A stretch of 24,000 bases of DNA from contig NJEJ01000003.1 in assembly GCA_002255025.1 (NCBI GenBank), positions 3,132 through 27,131 on the forward strand, given 5' to 3'. Each line of letters begins with the position of its first letter. The first letter of the stretch is position 1. The position numbers and the translations under genes were made by a program. This document shows positions 23,887 through 24,000 of the stretch, piece by piece. The notes beneath the pieces were generated by a model. That model did not search any database. It was not told the DNA's origin and worked only from the letters and a program-made list of their open reading frames with translations. Source of the stretch: Candidatus Bathyarchaeota archaeon ex4484_135. Its GTDB lineage: Archaea; Thermoproteota; Bathyarchaeia; EX4484-135.

Positions 23887-24000
23887 GGGCATGATTTCCT
23901 CTAGGGCCTTCCTCAGCTCTTCCTCGCTTAAGGTCCCATCGAGCACTTTATCTCCTATTCTCACGGCCGGAGCCTTCTTGACACCGGCCAGCTTGGCCTT
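23875..24000 (-). CDS. Partial CDS: C-terminus of a thioredoxin/glutaredoxin-fold-like protein (continues outside the window)
   Basis: Minus strand translates to KAKLAGVKKAPAVRIGDKVLDGTLSEEELRKALEEIMPSEA*, with the thioredoxin-like GV..APAVRIGDKVL pattern. Not in the supplied ORF track. Confidence 0.45.
   Translation of the reverse strand, partial: KAKLAGVKKAPAVRIGDKVLDGTLSEEELRKALEEIMPSEA

Noticed and set aside
1-24000. A recognisable defence system, toxin-antitoxin pair, transposase or integrase gene
   Set aside because: Searched by eye through the translations; the lone RHH protein (4944-5129) has no toxin partner. The only mobile-type gene is the LAGLIDADG endonuclease-like ORF.

Overview
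The window looks like gene-dense archaeal chromosome, probably thermophilic: group II chaperonin, split GcvP, archaeal-type MetG, Orc1/Cdc6, a geranylgeranyl reductase-like protein, TATA boxes about 25-35 nt upstream of starts, and many TTG starts. Most genes are housekeeping or metabolic: ThiD-ThiN fusion, MoaC, QueG-like Fe-S protein, MetG, PHP phosphoesterase, RHH regulator, MiaB/CDKAL1-type methylthiotransferase, EtfBA, fucose isomerase-like protein, thermosome, TauE/SafE permease, class V aminotransferase, ADP-ribosylglycohydrolase, Orc1/Cdc6, winged-helix protein, GcvPA/GcvPB, a Rossmann protein with C-terminal TM helices, a geranylgeranyl reductase family protein and a partial thioredoxin-like C-terminus. 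Two regions stand out. (1) A probable replication origin at about 17.58-18.17 kb between orc1/cdc6 and a small winged-helix gene. It has three strong ORB-like boxes (CTCCAGTGGAA plus G-tract), two perfect hairpins, and TTGGTCGAAT-like motifs that recur nearby. (2) A compositionally distinct island at about 11.69-13.20 kb between tRNA-Glu(CUC) and an intron-containing tRNA-Trp(CCA). It carries an orphan ORF, possibly HhH-like, and a free-standing LAGLIDADG endonuclease. The tRNA-Trp 3' end (T-arm, acceptor, CCA) is perfectly duplicated in tandem with a 32-bp period, which suggests an attachment-site scar. I found no CRISPR array and no recognisable defence operon.
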